Shown here piece after piece: positions 1 to 57,039 of a stretch of DNA of 64,000 nucleotides. Position numbers and translations under genes: made by a program. Below the pieces are notes generated by a model. That model saw only the letters and a program-made list of their open reading frames with translations, made no database searches and had not been told where the DNA came from. The first letter of the stretch is position 1; every line of letters starts with the position of its first letter. Source of the stretch: Chrysomallon squamiferum (Eukaryota > Animalia > Mollusca); assembly GCA_012295275.1 (NCBI GenBank), contig CM022672.1:31496001-31560000 (forward strand). Direction: 5' to 3'.

Positions 1-122
1 TATTTTATTTTTATTTTTTATTATTATTATATTTTATTTTATTCTTAAATATTATTTTATTTCATTATTTTATTATATTATACGTTTGTATCTCCATATG
101 TCAGTATATAATTTTAAATTAC

Positions 123-13459
<13,337 letters not shown>

Positions 13460-13509
13460 ACCTGTAACAATACAATAAAAAAATAAAACGTATTTGGAAT
13501 AAAATATTG

Positions 13510-13543
<34 letters not shown>

Positions 13544-13545
13544 TC

Positions 13546-13591
<46 letters not shown>

Positions 13592-13596
13592 GGAAA

Positions 13597-13674
<78 letters not shown>

Positions 13675-14023
13675 GTCGCTCGCATTCATATGTATGTAAC
13701 ACTACATAAAACATTATCTTAAACATCATTTGTTTTTACAATTAAATAAATAAATAAATAAATAATTAAATATAAAATATATAAATAAATTATATAATTA
13801 ATTAATAAAATAAATAAATGAATAAATAAATAAATAAGTAAACAAATAAAACGAATCACTACATACGTAAATAAATAAATAAAAATAAAATAAATAGAAT
13901 AAATAAATAAAGCTATTAATTAAATATTTTGTCTCCTAACACAAACAGTTACAGCTCTATTAAAACAGATATACAAATCTTACTATAATCTCCTCTCTGT
14001 CTTACAGAACAACACCAACTAAC

Positions 14024-14090
14024 CTTTGTCTCAGAGGAGAATCACGTCTCTGGGTTTTGCATGAAAGAGTCCTCCTCAAACCAGTAACAA
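14024..14090 (-). other. Putative non-coding first exon (5' UTR) of gene A
   Basis: Donor-like AAAG|gttagt at 14024/14023 in a non-repetitive island. The coding exon below it begins with an acceptor 2 nt before the ATG, so an upstream exon is needed. The 5' boundary is a guess. Confidence 0.4.
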
Positions 14091-15192
14091 AACCCGGGTA
14101 CAAGAGAAAACTTAAAATAAAAACATTTCGCCCAAGGCCAACATCATCGTTTTGTGTCCGCAGATAAAGATCAGGACGTTAAAAAAAGCTATAATTGAAA
14201 TTTTTGCTTGTAGTCATAACGTTCTTTTGTCAGTTAGGAACACAAATTTTTTTTATTGGTTTTTTGAGTTTTTTGGGTGCTTTCCATATCCATGTTTTAA
14301 AATAATGAATATGTACACGTGTATGGCTTTTAGATCTTGTGTATTTTTTTTTTTTTTTTTTTTAAAACAGTGTCTGAAACGAAGAATCTTGTAATCACTA
14401 GTAATGACGATTTCATTAATACGGAATTAATTATAGAATTAATATTTGAAATCAGTTTGATAAAATACATGGAAAGAAAGGTATTTAGTAAAAAAAAAAA
14501 AAAAAAAAAACTGTCAGTTGTTCTTTTTTGTTGGAAATGTTAATCATATTCATGTTTTGAACTGCCAGTAATTTATCTTTAAACAGATGCTACTGACAAA
14601 TATTATTTTACATGTTAGATATTCCTTGTGTACTTGACATATTTGTTTTATTTATGTGTGTTCACGTGAACATGAAATACAAAGATTATATATTTACCTA
14701 AGTCCAAGTAAGTCATTATTTATGGAGATGGAATATTACTAATAGTACGTTATTCTAATACGACAGTTATAACAGGTTATTTCATAAACATATGCGGTAA
14801 ATATATAAAAAAAATTGATTTGTAGATAACTTTTATTGTTATTTGAATTTTAAATTTTATTTTTAATTATTTGTTTATTTATTTATTTATTTATTCATTA
14901 TTTATTTATTTATTTATCATTTATTTATTTATTTATCTTTTTTTATTATTTATTTGTTTGTTGTTTGTTAATTAATTAATTTATTTATTTATTCATTTAT
15001 TTGTTTTTTATTTGTTTTTTTATTTATATATTTATTTATTTATTTATTTTTGTTATCGTCAAATTATTATATATTTTGTTAATAATTTTTACTATTTTTA
15101 CTAACATATAAGCACAGTAAGAAATTCCTAGTGTTTTATACGCAGTGTTTGTTTAAAAACACGTTTATACAAATCGACTTAAGCCCATTTAC

Positions 15193-15445
15193 GTGGGATT
15201 TTTGTTATGTAATTTAGCTTTAGGGTAGTTGTTTATACAGTTTTACCACATTCAGAAAAACTATACATTAAAATATCGCAAAGCTAAAAATGTATATATA
15301 TACATACAGTCAGACAGACATACACAGAAACATACAAACACATACACACACATACACACATATACACACACACACATAATAATTATATTTCTTAAATATG
15401 TAAATAATAAAAATAGCAAAAAGAACAACAGTCAGTCAGACAGAC

Positions 15446-15520
<75 letters not shown>

Positions 15521-15540
15521 AAACGTCTGGCTAAAAGGAA
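15193..15540 (-). pseudogene. Relic copy of gene A linker exon 11393-11460 plus its upstream intron
   Basis: 68-nt pseudo-exon 15193-15260 (ag|T TTT TCT GAA TGT GGT AAA ACT GTA TAA ...) aligns to T TGT TCT CAG TGT GGT AAA ACT CTA CAA ..., with CAA>TAA. Flanking aaagctaaaaa, (GA)n and aaaacgtc also match 11480-11760. Confidence 0.7.
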
Positions 15541-16827
15541 TGATGGTGTATATTTTGTTGTTGTTTGTTTGTTCTGCTGGGATTTTTATGCGAAGTTTCT
15601 TTTATTTTTGTTGTTGTTGTTATTGTTGTTATATTTGTTGGCAATCTGAAATATGCTAATTCTGCCTCGAAGTTTTAAAAACCAAAAAAAAAACGTAGAA
15701 AATCTTTTTTACACCAGTTATTTGAAAGCCACACTTGAAACACTCGCACGTTTGCTAACAAACCAATAAAAATAGCCGGACACAGTTAAGCCCGAGGCTG
15801 TGGGTTTGTGTTTTAAATAAAACAAAAATCATAAATAAATATTTATAGTCGCTGGATATTTAAATTCTGTGAAGCTTTCTCGATATCTGTGTAAAAGATG
15901 AAAACTCAGTTCAAACAGTTTACAATAATATTATAAATTTTGTGATAGCCAAATCAATATACAAATAAACACAAGAACACACAAACAAAATAATAATAAT
16001 TAATAATAATAATAACAACAACAACAACAATAATAATAATAACGACATTAATAATAATAATAACAATAATAATAATAATAACAATAACAATAACAATAAT
16101 AGTAATAATAACATCTACAACAATGATAATAATAATAATAATAATAATAATGATAAAATTAAAATACAATAAAGTTAATAATGAAATATACTTTTTATAT
16201 AAATATTTAAACATTTCATCTCGATTATTTCAACCGGAAAATATGCGACACCCTTTGCGTGTGCGTGTGCGTGAGCGTGCGTAAATATATATATATATAT
16301 ATATTTACACACTCACACACACAAAACACTCTAGAGTGTCGAAAAGTCAGATATCATGGACATATATATATACATACATATGTTATATAATTTTTGTTTA
16401 ATTAATTAACGGCGGCTAGATCATCAATTTATAATATTTATCTTGAAACAAAACACCAAGCGATGGAGCGGCTACACCTGTGTATTACAATCACCCTCTC
16501 TAATCTGGTCGTATATTGTATCTCATCTGCCTTCCGCATATCTCACGAATATATTTTTGAAAAATATTTGATGAATTCTTTAGATAAATAGCACTCTTTA
16601 ATAGGAAATGTAATGTACAGTTTCAAGTTATGAACATTATAATGTGTGTGTGTGTGTGTGTGTGTGTGTTTATATGTACACACACGCACTCACACGCACG
16701 CACGCACGCACGCACACATAAGGTGTCGCATATTTTCCGTGTGAAATGTTTAAATATTTAAATATAAAAGAAATATTTCGTCTGTCATAAGACAGATTAT
16801 TAATTTTATTGTATTTTAATTGTTTAA

Positions 16828-16972
<145 letters not shown>

Positions 16973-16984
16973 CATTATTATTAC

Positions 16985-17054
<70 letters not shown>

Positions 17055-18133
17055 ATTGTTTGGAGAAGTCTCTGGTTAACAGACAGGAAGATACAAACGC
17101 ACTCACAAACGCACACACACACACGCACACACACACACGTGTGTTCTGTTTTGTTCCTATGAAGTGTATAATGCGCCAGTTTAAAAAAAAATGTTTCATA
17201 TGAACTAATTTTTCTTTTTGTTCATTATATACGGAATTTCTATTTTCCATCACGGAAAATTTTGTTTCTCCTAATCAAAATATTAATAATACGTAAGATT
17301 CTTGTATATATATATGGTATTTCTTTTTCATTATTATTTTATTTCCTGGGATGGGTTTGGTTGTGGCGATATTTTTATCTCGAAAAATATGCAAGTAATT
17401 TAACAGGAAAAATAATAAAAAAAAAAAAAAAAAAAAAAAAAACATTTTAAAAGAATCTCACGGAAATAACAGCGGAACTTTTTTAAAAAGCCAGACGATA
17501 ATATAATCTTCGAGTGTGAAAAGGTGTTTATTTAATAAAATGCACCTGGATATCAACACATCATCAAAGCGTAGATAAATTCATCTTTCCTTCTTTCATA
17601 AAGCATAAAACTTTCTTCATTTGTTTTTTTTTTTTTTTTTTTTTTTTTGTTGTTAACTGATTTTATCTATGGATATCTTGAAGGCAAGGCGGGTGTTTCA
17701 AATTGTTTTTTTGTTTTTTTCTTTATTGGAGATTATATTTAGCTTTGCCCACAGCAACAGCTTTTGTACGACCACAACGACATACTGCTGTCGTAGACGG
17801 AGATATTTTTTTAAATAAGACTGTTTGTACAGGAAAAAAACCCGCGAAATGCGAGTCTGTCTGTGTAACTGGTTGTGTACGTGTGTTTTCGGTTTTTTGT
17901 TTATTGCTCTGAAATACAGTGTGGCTTTCTTTGGCGTGTATGTGTGTATGTTGCGTTAGTGTGTGTGTGTGTGCGTGTCTGTGTGTGTTTGTTTTAATGT
18001 GTGGATGCGTTATGTGGGTCGTGAGACATTTATTTATATAACACACAAAATAAAATTAATTGAACAAATGTTTCTCTCAGACATGGTATAATTGTTTGAA
18101 AAGTAGTATATACCAGGAAATTATTATTATTAT

Positions 18134-18177
<44 letters not shown>

Positions 18178-18488
18178 TTTTTATCATCATAATCATTTAT
18201 TGCTTTGTTATTAATAATTTACTGTTGTTGTTGTTATTATTATTATTATCATTATCATTATTATTATTATCATTATTATTATTACTATCATTATTATTAT
18301 TATCATTATTATCATTATTTTTATTATCATTATAATATCGAACTATTTAATATATAACACATTTCTTATTATTGTGCCATATTATTATTATTGTTACATA
18401 ACTTTTCATATCGTATTATTATCATATGTCATTATCATAATATAAAATATTATATCATATCATATTGGAAATCTTGTATGGCATTTAC

Positions 18489-18529
<41 letters not shown>

Positions 18530-18844
18530 ATTGTTTTTCAGATACACCCAAACGAAATAATAAAATATATATCACAAGTCACGATCTTATCTTTAAGCCG
18601 TTACACATGTATGTATATATATATGTAAAACTAATCCTATCGTGTTCAAACAATTATATATAAGACACAATTTGTTCAAAAATTCCAAAATTTCAAAAAC
18701 ACGTGAAAAGTTAACAAACTGAAAAAATTTGATACGACGACATCGACAACGTTTACCCCACCCTTCAGTCTGATACAGAAACAACGTGGTGGACGCACAT
18801 CGCCTGCGGTAACGACAGACTCTATTTGTCACCTGTCGTCTGCT

Positions 18845-18893
18845 TCAGTCGCTTAGTAACGTTACACACCTGTCTATTGTTTGATCTCCACAG
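18845..18893 (+). other. Putative non-coding first exon of gene B
   Basis: Strong donor CAG|gtaagt at 18893, in a CpG-containing unique island with a TCAGTC initiator-like motif at 18845. The next exon starts 2 nt before the ATG. The 5' boundary is uncertain. Confidence 0.5.
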
Positions 18894-19254
18894 GTAAGTC
18901 CAGTCACTGTTCAATTGTTTAGTAGGTAAATGATTATGCATAATTGTTTAAATACTTTAAAAAATGTTGCATTCAGTTTTCGGTGGATTATTAATTATAT
19001 AGCATTTTAATTACTCTGTATTCTTCTTCTTCTTCTTCTTCTTCTTCTTATTATTATTATTAGTAGTAGTAGTAGTAGTAGTAATAGTAGTAGTAGTAGT
19101 AGTAGTAGTATTTATTATTTATTATTATTACTAGTAACTTACTGTTGTTGTTCTTATTATTAGTAGTAGTAAAAACACAGTTGCTGTTGTTGTTATTGTT
19201 GTTGTTCTTCTTCTTCTTCTTCCTTTTCTTCTTCTTCTTCTTCTTCTTCTTCTT

Positions 19255-19285
<31 letters not shown>

Positions 19286-19632
19286 TTATTATTATTATTC
19301 AATGTTCGGTTAACTAAAATTATATTTCTATCAAACCTAGATGATAAAATCGCTTATCTCGAAAATACAGAGGGTCGTTACTTCTTGATATGAGAAGTCT
19401 TTGTTTCGTTGTTGTCTTGTTTTTTTTCGCTTTTTAGGATTATTTTATTATTATTTTATTTAATGATTCATAATAACGTTTTTAACAGTTTTATTTATGA
19501 ATTCATCTTCATTTTAATATAATTAAAATATTTCTCTTAAAATAGTTCTCTTACTTTCAAGTAAATTTTTAATGTCAAATTTGATTTTATTGACTGACAG
19601 TCCTTTATTATTTTTTTATTTTTTTTTTTTTA

Positions 19633-19700
<68 letters not shown>

Positions 19701-19713
19701 CATTATTTCAGCT

Positions 19714-50061
<30,348 letters not shown>

Positions 50062-50608
50062 CCTCGTTTTCCTTTTTTTATTTTTTTATTATTGCGTATT
50101 TCTTTACGTTTCATTATTTTAATACAATTCAAAACTGAGCCAAGCTTACATCTGACTACGTACAGCTTTCTTTAAAAATAAACAAATAAGTAAATAACTC
50201 AAGATGTACATCAGTAGTATTTGCTTTAATTATTAAAAAGTTTATAATCTCAAAATTTGATATATTAGTTATATTATAACTTTGAAGCCAAATATGCAGA
50301 CAATGCAGACACTATAGTTACAATCGCTTTATTACCACAAACTTTGTCAAGAATAAAAATAAAAGATTATTGCTTAATAAATTGTTTACTGTATCTAGAA
50401 TTGCGTTGGCTTAGTCTGTCAGGCCTTTTTGATCTTTCTCTGTTATCAGTAATATCGAGCTATAATGGAGTAACACAGAATGTGTCTTATCATACTTTGT
50501 CATTAGAAAAGATTGGTGGCATTAATAGATTTAAAAATTAAAATGGAAGAAAACCAAAAATATTAAATTGTCTAAGAAAAGATTTAATTTTAAAAAATTA
50601 TATATTTT

Positions 50609-50642
<34 letters not shown>

Positions 50643-51822
50643 ACTTGAGGTAGCACAAAATTAAGCTTTTAAAAATAAAGAAAAACAAAAACACATATTA
50701 ACAGTTTTTGTCATTTATTAAGTTTTCATTCTATGTAAATTTAGTTTCATACATACAAACCCACAAACATAACATAATCAACGATAAGTTAGAGAAAAAC
50801 ACTTTTAATTTCAAGACTGGAAGAGAAAAAGAGTTAAATTTTAAATAACCAGATTTAAATACTAGCAGACAAAACACACAAATATTATTATTTTTTTTTA
50901 AATTAGCAAGCAGATGAAGAAAGATTTAAGGAAGAAAGCCAGATGTAAAAAAAAACCACAAAAATACAACTGTTAAATTTTTTTTTATTTTTTTTTAGAA
51001 CACAGACTTGAAAGTGTGTCAGTAATTCGTTAATATAAATAATAATATTTAAATTATTTTACTGTTTGTGATAGTTATTGTTTTACTGTTACAAAGAAAC
51101 CATTTCAAGCCATTCATAACCTTCCATTCCCATCATACATTTATTTATAATTGTATATACATGTAAAACATACCAGACACACACACACACACACACACGC
51201 TCATGTACTCAAATATAAACACACACTCACATCATACTCAAATACATACATATACATACAAAGTTAAATATACACACACATCTACATTATATATAATTTG
51301 TGTTTGTATGTTACACACAATTTTATGATGATTAACTGCATCTTATAATAAATTTTAATCTGAAAGTTTAAAATTTGTTACAAGTTGCAGTTAATAACTG
51401 CAGTTATCTGTCTTGTTAATAAGGATACATTTACAGTAAATATTCTACTTTGAATTCCAAGTCTCTTTTCTTCAGAGTGTTTATGTAAGTTTGTCACGAT
51501 GAATTTGAAACTGAAGTGTGTGTGTGTGCATGTGTGTATATATATATATGTGTGTATATATATATATGTGTGTATATATATATATGTGTGTATATGTATG
51601 TTTATCTTACATTATTACACATATGTATGTGTCTATATATATATGTATGTATGTATGTATGTTTGATTTTATCTCATGTATATGATTACATCACCTATAA
51701 TGCATATATAGAGGTCTTTGCATATTCCTATGTTTTTGTATGTGGTATTTTTATGTTTCTATATGCATGTGTTGTGTATGTATGTGTATGTGTACATGTA
51801 CGAGAATGTATGGATGCATTTT

Positions 51823-51858
<36 letters not shown>

Positions 51859-52209
51859 TACACATCTGTGTGTGTATGTGTACATGAATATATATATATG
51901 TATATATGTATGTTTAGTATATCTTGTATATCTATATACAGACAGACAGTCAGTCAATGAACAGAGACAAGTGATTGTTGAGTGTGCATGCACTGATTAA
52001 TCACCTATCAAAGATTTACTCAACACTGATGCACTCTTCAATTATATTTAAATAATAAGAAGTTTAATTCTTCACTTAAAGATTAAGACAAAAAAAAAAA
52101 ATTAAATGTAAGGTTTTAAATTTTATAACACACACAGAGAAAAATATTAAAAACTAAAATGATTCAAGGACATAGACATTTATATATATAAACATGCAAA
52201 TGCAAGCAA

Positions 52210-52255
<46 letters not shown>

Positions 52256-52574
52256 ACAAACATATATACACTGTACAGACACTTATTAAATAATAAAATG
52301 GCACAATTTTTACATCTACTGACTCTTTTCAGATGCACATTTTCTTATATATATATATATATATATAATATACAATATATAATATATACACAATACACAA
52401 ATATTTTTAACAGTCATCATGCACTTAAAGACAAGGCTGATATTTACAAACAGTACAACATTTACAAACGAGTATTAATTAACACTGCAGTTTATTTTAA
52501 AACATGATTAAATGCTTCGTAAGTAAGTTTATAAATAAACAACAGAGCAAAGCTTAAGAAAATAAACAACAACA

Positions 52575-52608
<34 letters not shown>

Positions 52609-53102
52609 TTAACTCCAAAAAAAAAACACCTCACAAATTTAATATATTATGAAATATTTATAATTTGGCACACAAATGCACACATATGTACATGCACATA
52701 AAGACACACACACACACACTCGTACATACACACAATACACACACAACACACACACGCTCATACAGCTAGCTGAAATGGCAATAAAAAAAAACACATTTAA
52801 TTGCATAATTACTCACAGCTTTTTTGAACTTTTATTGCAAATAGTTATCAGCTTGTCAAACACTGCTCATTTTACTGTGACTGCATAAACACAGGCATGC
52901 ATGTAAGAATCAGTGTACGGACTGTGGTGTAGATAAATCTTCATAATTAAACTGCTGTTTGCTCCTAGTGATGCTACAGGCCTCTCCAATTTTACACACA
53001 CAAACATATATAATCATTTTTAACTGTAACAGGCCTATTTTGCATATACTAACATAATGCATCAGTTTGCAATTTTAACAAACCTAAAATACATTTTCAA
53101 AG

Positions 53103-53154
<52 letters not shown>

Positions 53155-53419
53155 ATATATATATTATAAAACACCTTTGTTTGCAGTAACTGTAACAGGC
53201 CTACATTGTCAGTTTTACACACTCTAACACATTTTTTTAATTTAATAATTGTAATAAGCCTGTGTTGTTAGATTTATACTTACACACACACAACACATTT
53301 ATTTATAAATGGATCTACGTTGCCACAGTAAATCATTGCTCTATGTGAAGGTAACGTTCAGACTGGCTTGAATATAAACAAACACCAAACATTGTACAAC
53401 TGGCTTTTATACTCGATAT

Positions 53420-53880
53420 ATATATAAAAATTTCAGTATATATATCAGTGTGTATATATATCAATATATCTGCATATAATCAATATATCAGTATAGATAT
53501 AGATATATATATATATCAATATATCAGTGTATATCAATGTATCATGTATCAATATATATCAACATATCAGTATATATCAACATATCAGTATATATCAATA
53601 TACCATTATATATCAATATATCTGCATATAATCAATATATCAGTATAGATATATATATATATATATCAGTGTATATCAATGTATCATGTATCAATATAGG
53701 AGTATATATAAACATATTGGTATATATATCAGTATATATATCAACATATCAGTATATATCAATATATCAGTATATATCAACATATCAGTATATATCAATA
53801 TATCAGTGTGTTATCAATAGATCAGTTTATATCAATATATAAGTGTATATATATCAACGTATCATTATATATCAGTATAC
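53420..53880. repeat. Low-complexity (atatatcagt/atatatcaat)n repeat between genes B and C
   Basis: Direct reading. Confidence 0.75.
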
Positions 53881-56393
53881 TGGGTTTATTTTTGATACTG
53901 TAGTGGGATGTATTTGTCATCTTTCAAACAAAAACTGTTATAAACTTTTCTCTTGCATTTTTAATCTGCTATGTTAAATGCCCCAAAAAGAATGCTATAG
54001 TCTGAAAATGCTTCAAGACTTGATCATTATTACAAAATGCTACAAAACAATGTGATAACACACATACACACTTTGATAATGATACATATATAACTCCTTG
54101 CAAATAAAACAGATGTATAAAATAACGTTTTTTTTTGATGATCATCTCCTTGTTTCATGCATGTTTTTCTGGGGTTTGTTTTTGTTTTTTCTTTATCAGC
54201 AGTGTTCACACGTTTAACTTCAAAAAGAAAGTTTAAGAGTCAAAAATCCACTTATAAACCTTTTGTAAATGTTTTGCTGTGTGTAAGTGTTAAACTGGCA
54301 GCAGTTGAAGAACAATAGAAATAATGATTTGTTCTGTTAGCAACAAAAAATGTTAGAGAAACAGGCAGCTCAAGCAAATTCCATGTGATACATTTTTATT
54401 TTTATTTTTTACAAATTTTAATATTTCTTTCATATATATATATATATATATCATATTTTTTTATATTAAGTTATATTTAGTTTCACCAAAATTAAAAAAG
54501 AAATCTGTAATTATTATATTTTCTTAGACACAGATTAAAATCTCTTCAAATTTCATGTGATAACAACATTCTGTCAAACTCGGAAATTAATGTAAAATCT
54601 TAAAAAATCAGTTTTAAAAACATATTCATACATAAATACATCTATAAATGGCATTTATATATCTTTTTTATTTATTGATATTTCTTTTATCTTTTATTTT
54701 TCTCTGTCCTGTTTCTGTGGTTATAATGGAAAATATGAAAGACAGAATCTCCAAACAAGTGAGATCAATGGAAAATATTTTCTTAAATACAAGCAGACAA
54801 TGCACATTATGAATATAAAATTATTCATTTAACCTTGACCTCTTCAGTCTTAACAAAAATGCAATAATATATATATATAAAAAAAAAAAAATCTTCAAAT
54901 TGCCAGGATTGTTGGGAACTGTTATAAGCAAATGTTGATGGGTTTTTTTTAAATTTACAATCCTTCATTCTTTGTTCATGTTTCAGAAAGACTATCAGCA
55001 GTTAGTATTTCTCACATGAGATATCACATCTCAACAAAAACAAATATGACAAACAAACTAAAATTAAGAGAATGTTTTTCTCAAACATGTGGTATAATAT
55101 TAAAAAAAATCAGACACATTATGACAAAGTGAAATTCAATTCTTAAAAGAAAAAAAATATAACGGTATGGTTTTTTTTTTTTTGTTGTTTTTTTAACAGA
55201 AATGTTTACAGTTTAGAATTTTGAACTTGCAGTCTACAAAGTTTTTGTTTATAGGTTGTATTAAGTTATAACAAGATCCAGACAGAAGTGAAATAATAAA
55301 AGATGAATGAGACAATCATCTCAGTTATTAATGTCAACATTCATTTGCTCACACTTCACCTCTCATTACACCTGTGCATCCTCCTGTATAAGCAGTACTG
55401 TATCCACTTTTACATACAACACAAATTCTTCTAAACAATTTGTTTTTGGGGTTTTTTTGGTTTTCACCTGTCTAAAACTTAATTTAGAATCTTCACACCT
55501 GTATAAAGGTGCTAAGGTGTGTTCCTTTTTATTGCTTCACCTGTACTCAACTGTTCCTCTATTTCATTTCTTTTCATTTATATATCCTAACAACAAAACT
55601 TGTCTGTAATTCAGTTTCTATGATCTACTAACGAAATTCAGAACTAATGTCAAAAAAAAAATTAATATATATATACATATTGCACTTTTTTTTAAAGAAT
55701 AAAGATAATTTACATCCTTTAGATTATCCGTAGGGTTTTGATTCTGGTTGATTCTTCTCACAAATGTCTGTGATAGAAGTTTTCACATTCTTTGTCACTG
55801 AACTCCAGGCACTCTCCCCAGTGTAATGTTATTTCACACCTGTGTGATATTTACTTATATTACCTCTGTGACATATTGCTCTTATACACCTATCTGTTAG
55901 AAATAACACAAGCTGAAAAGTACATCACTTTAACACTTGCCAACGAAAACACTGTACAGCTTATTTTTCTGCGAAACTTTCAAACTTTGTTTCTTCAAGA
56001 GTCTCTCAGATTTAGAATCTCCATCTCGAAACACACACTTTTTTAAATATTAAAATACAACTTTCTTTTTTTCTCCACTTCATAACAGAGGTGGTTGAGA
56101 GTAACTTCTGAACAAGGTTCTATAAATATTTGCATTCCACCAATGTTCTTACTCCATCACAGAACAGTACAACTTTTCATAAATAATTTTTGAAAAACTC
56201 CTCATGAAATTATCTCTGTTTTAAACTCCTCATGGATTTTTAAATGCTTATACCAGTTATATATATATATATATATATGTATGTATATATAAGTATATAT
56301 GTATGTATGTATTATAAATCGGCAAACAAAACAGATTTTCATACATATCACATTTTTACACAAGTTTTTCACATTTCTTCAGATCCATATATA

Positions 56394-56432
<39 letters not shown>

Positions 56433-56499
56433 TCTTTCAAATATTGCACAAAGACTTCTTTCAACCTTCCAATTACTGTTTCCAGTTTACTGATTTTCA

Positions 56500-57037
56500 C
56501 ATTTACTGACTCCACTCGTTTACTGATTCAATCAGTTTACTGAGTGCACATAGTCCATGCTTGCTGAGTCCAGATGGGCTTGGACTTTTTAAACTTACTG
56601 AAGCCGTGTTTACAAGATCCATGTGTATCACTCAACAAGTTTACTGAATTCATGTTTACTGAATTTATGTTTACTGAATTTATGTTTACTCAGTAGACAT
56701 GTTTACTTCATGTTTGCTTAGTCCATGTTTACTGAGTCCAGATGTTTACTCAGTAGACATGTTTACTCAATTCATGTTTACTCAGTAGACATGTTTACTT
56801 CATGTTTGCTTAGTCCGTACGTTTACTGAGTCCAGATGTTTACTTAGACTACAAGTTTATTAGGTCCACAGATTTAGTCCTCATGTTTACTGTGTTCACA
56901 TGTTTACTGAATCCATACGTTTACGTACGTTCAAATGTTTACACAGTTCATGTCTACTCAGACATACATTTACTGAGTCCAAATGTTTACATAGTCAATG
57001 TTTACGTAGTCAGTGTTTACGTAGTCGATGTTTACGG
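56500..57037. repeat. Degenerate minisatellite (atgtttactgagtcc-like) starting just after the RAPGEF1 stop codon
   Basis: Repeated tgtttac motif, read directly. Confidence 0.75.
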
Positions 57038-57039
57038 AC

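Noticed and set aside
14042-14062. ATG CAA AAC CCA GAG ACG TGA as the gene A start
   Set aside because: It stops after 6 codons. At most a uORF in an unverified UTR exon; the signal-peptide ATG at 13459 fits better.
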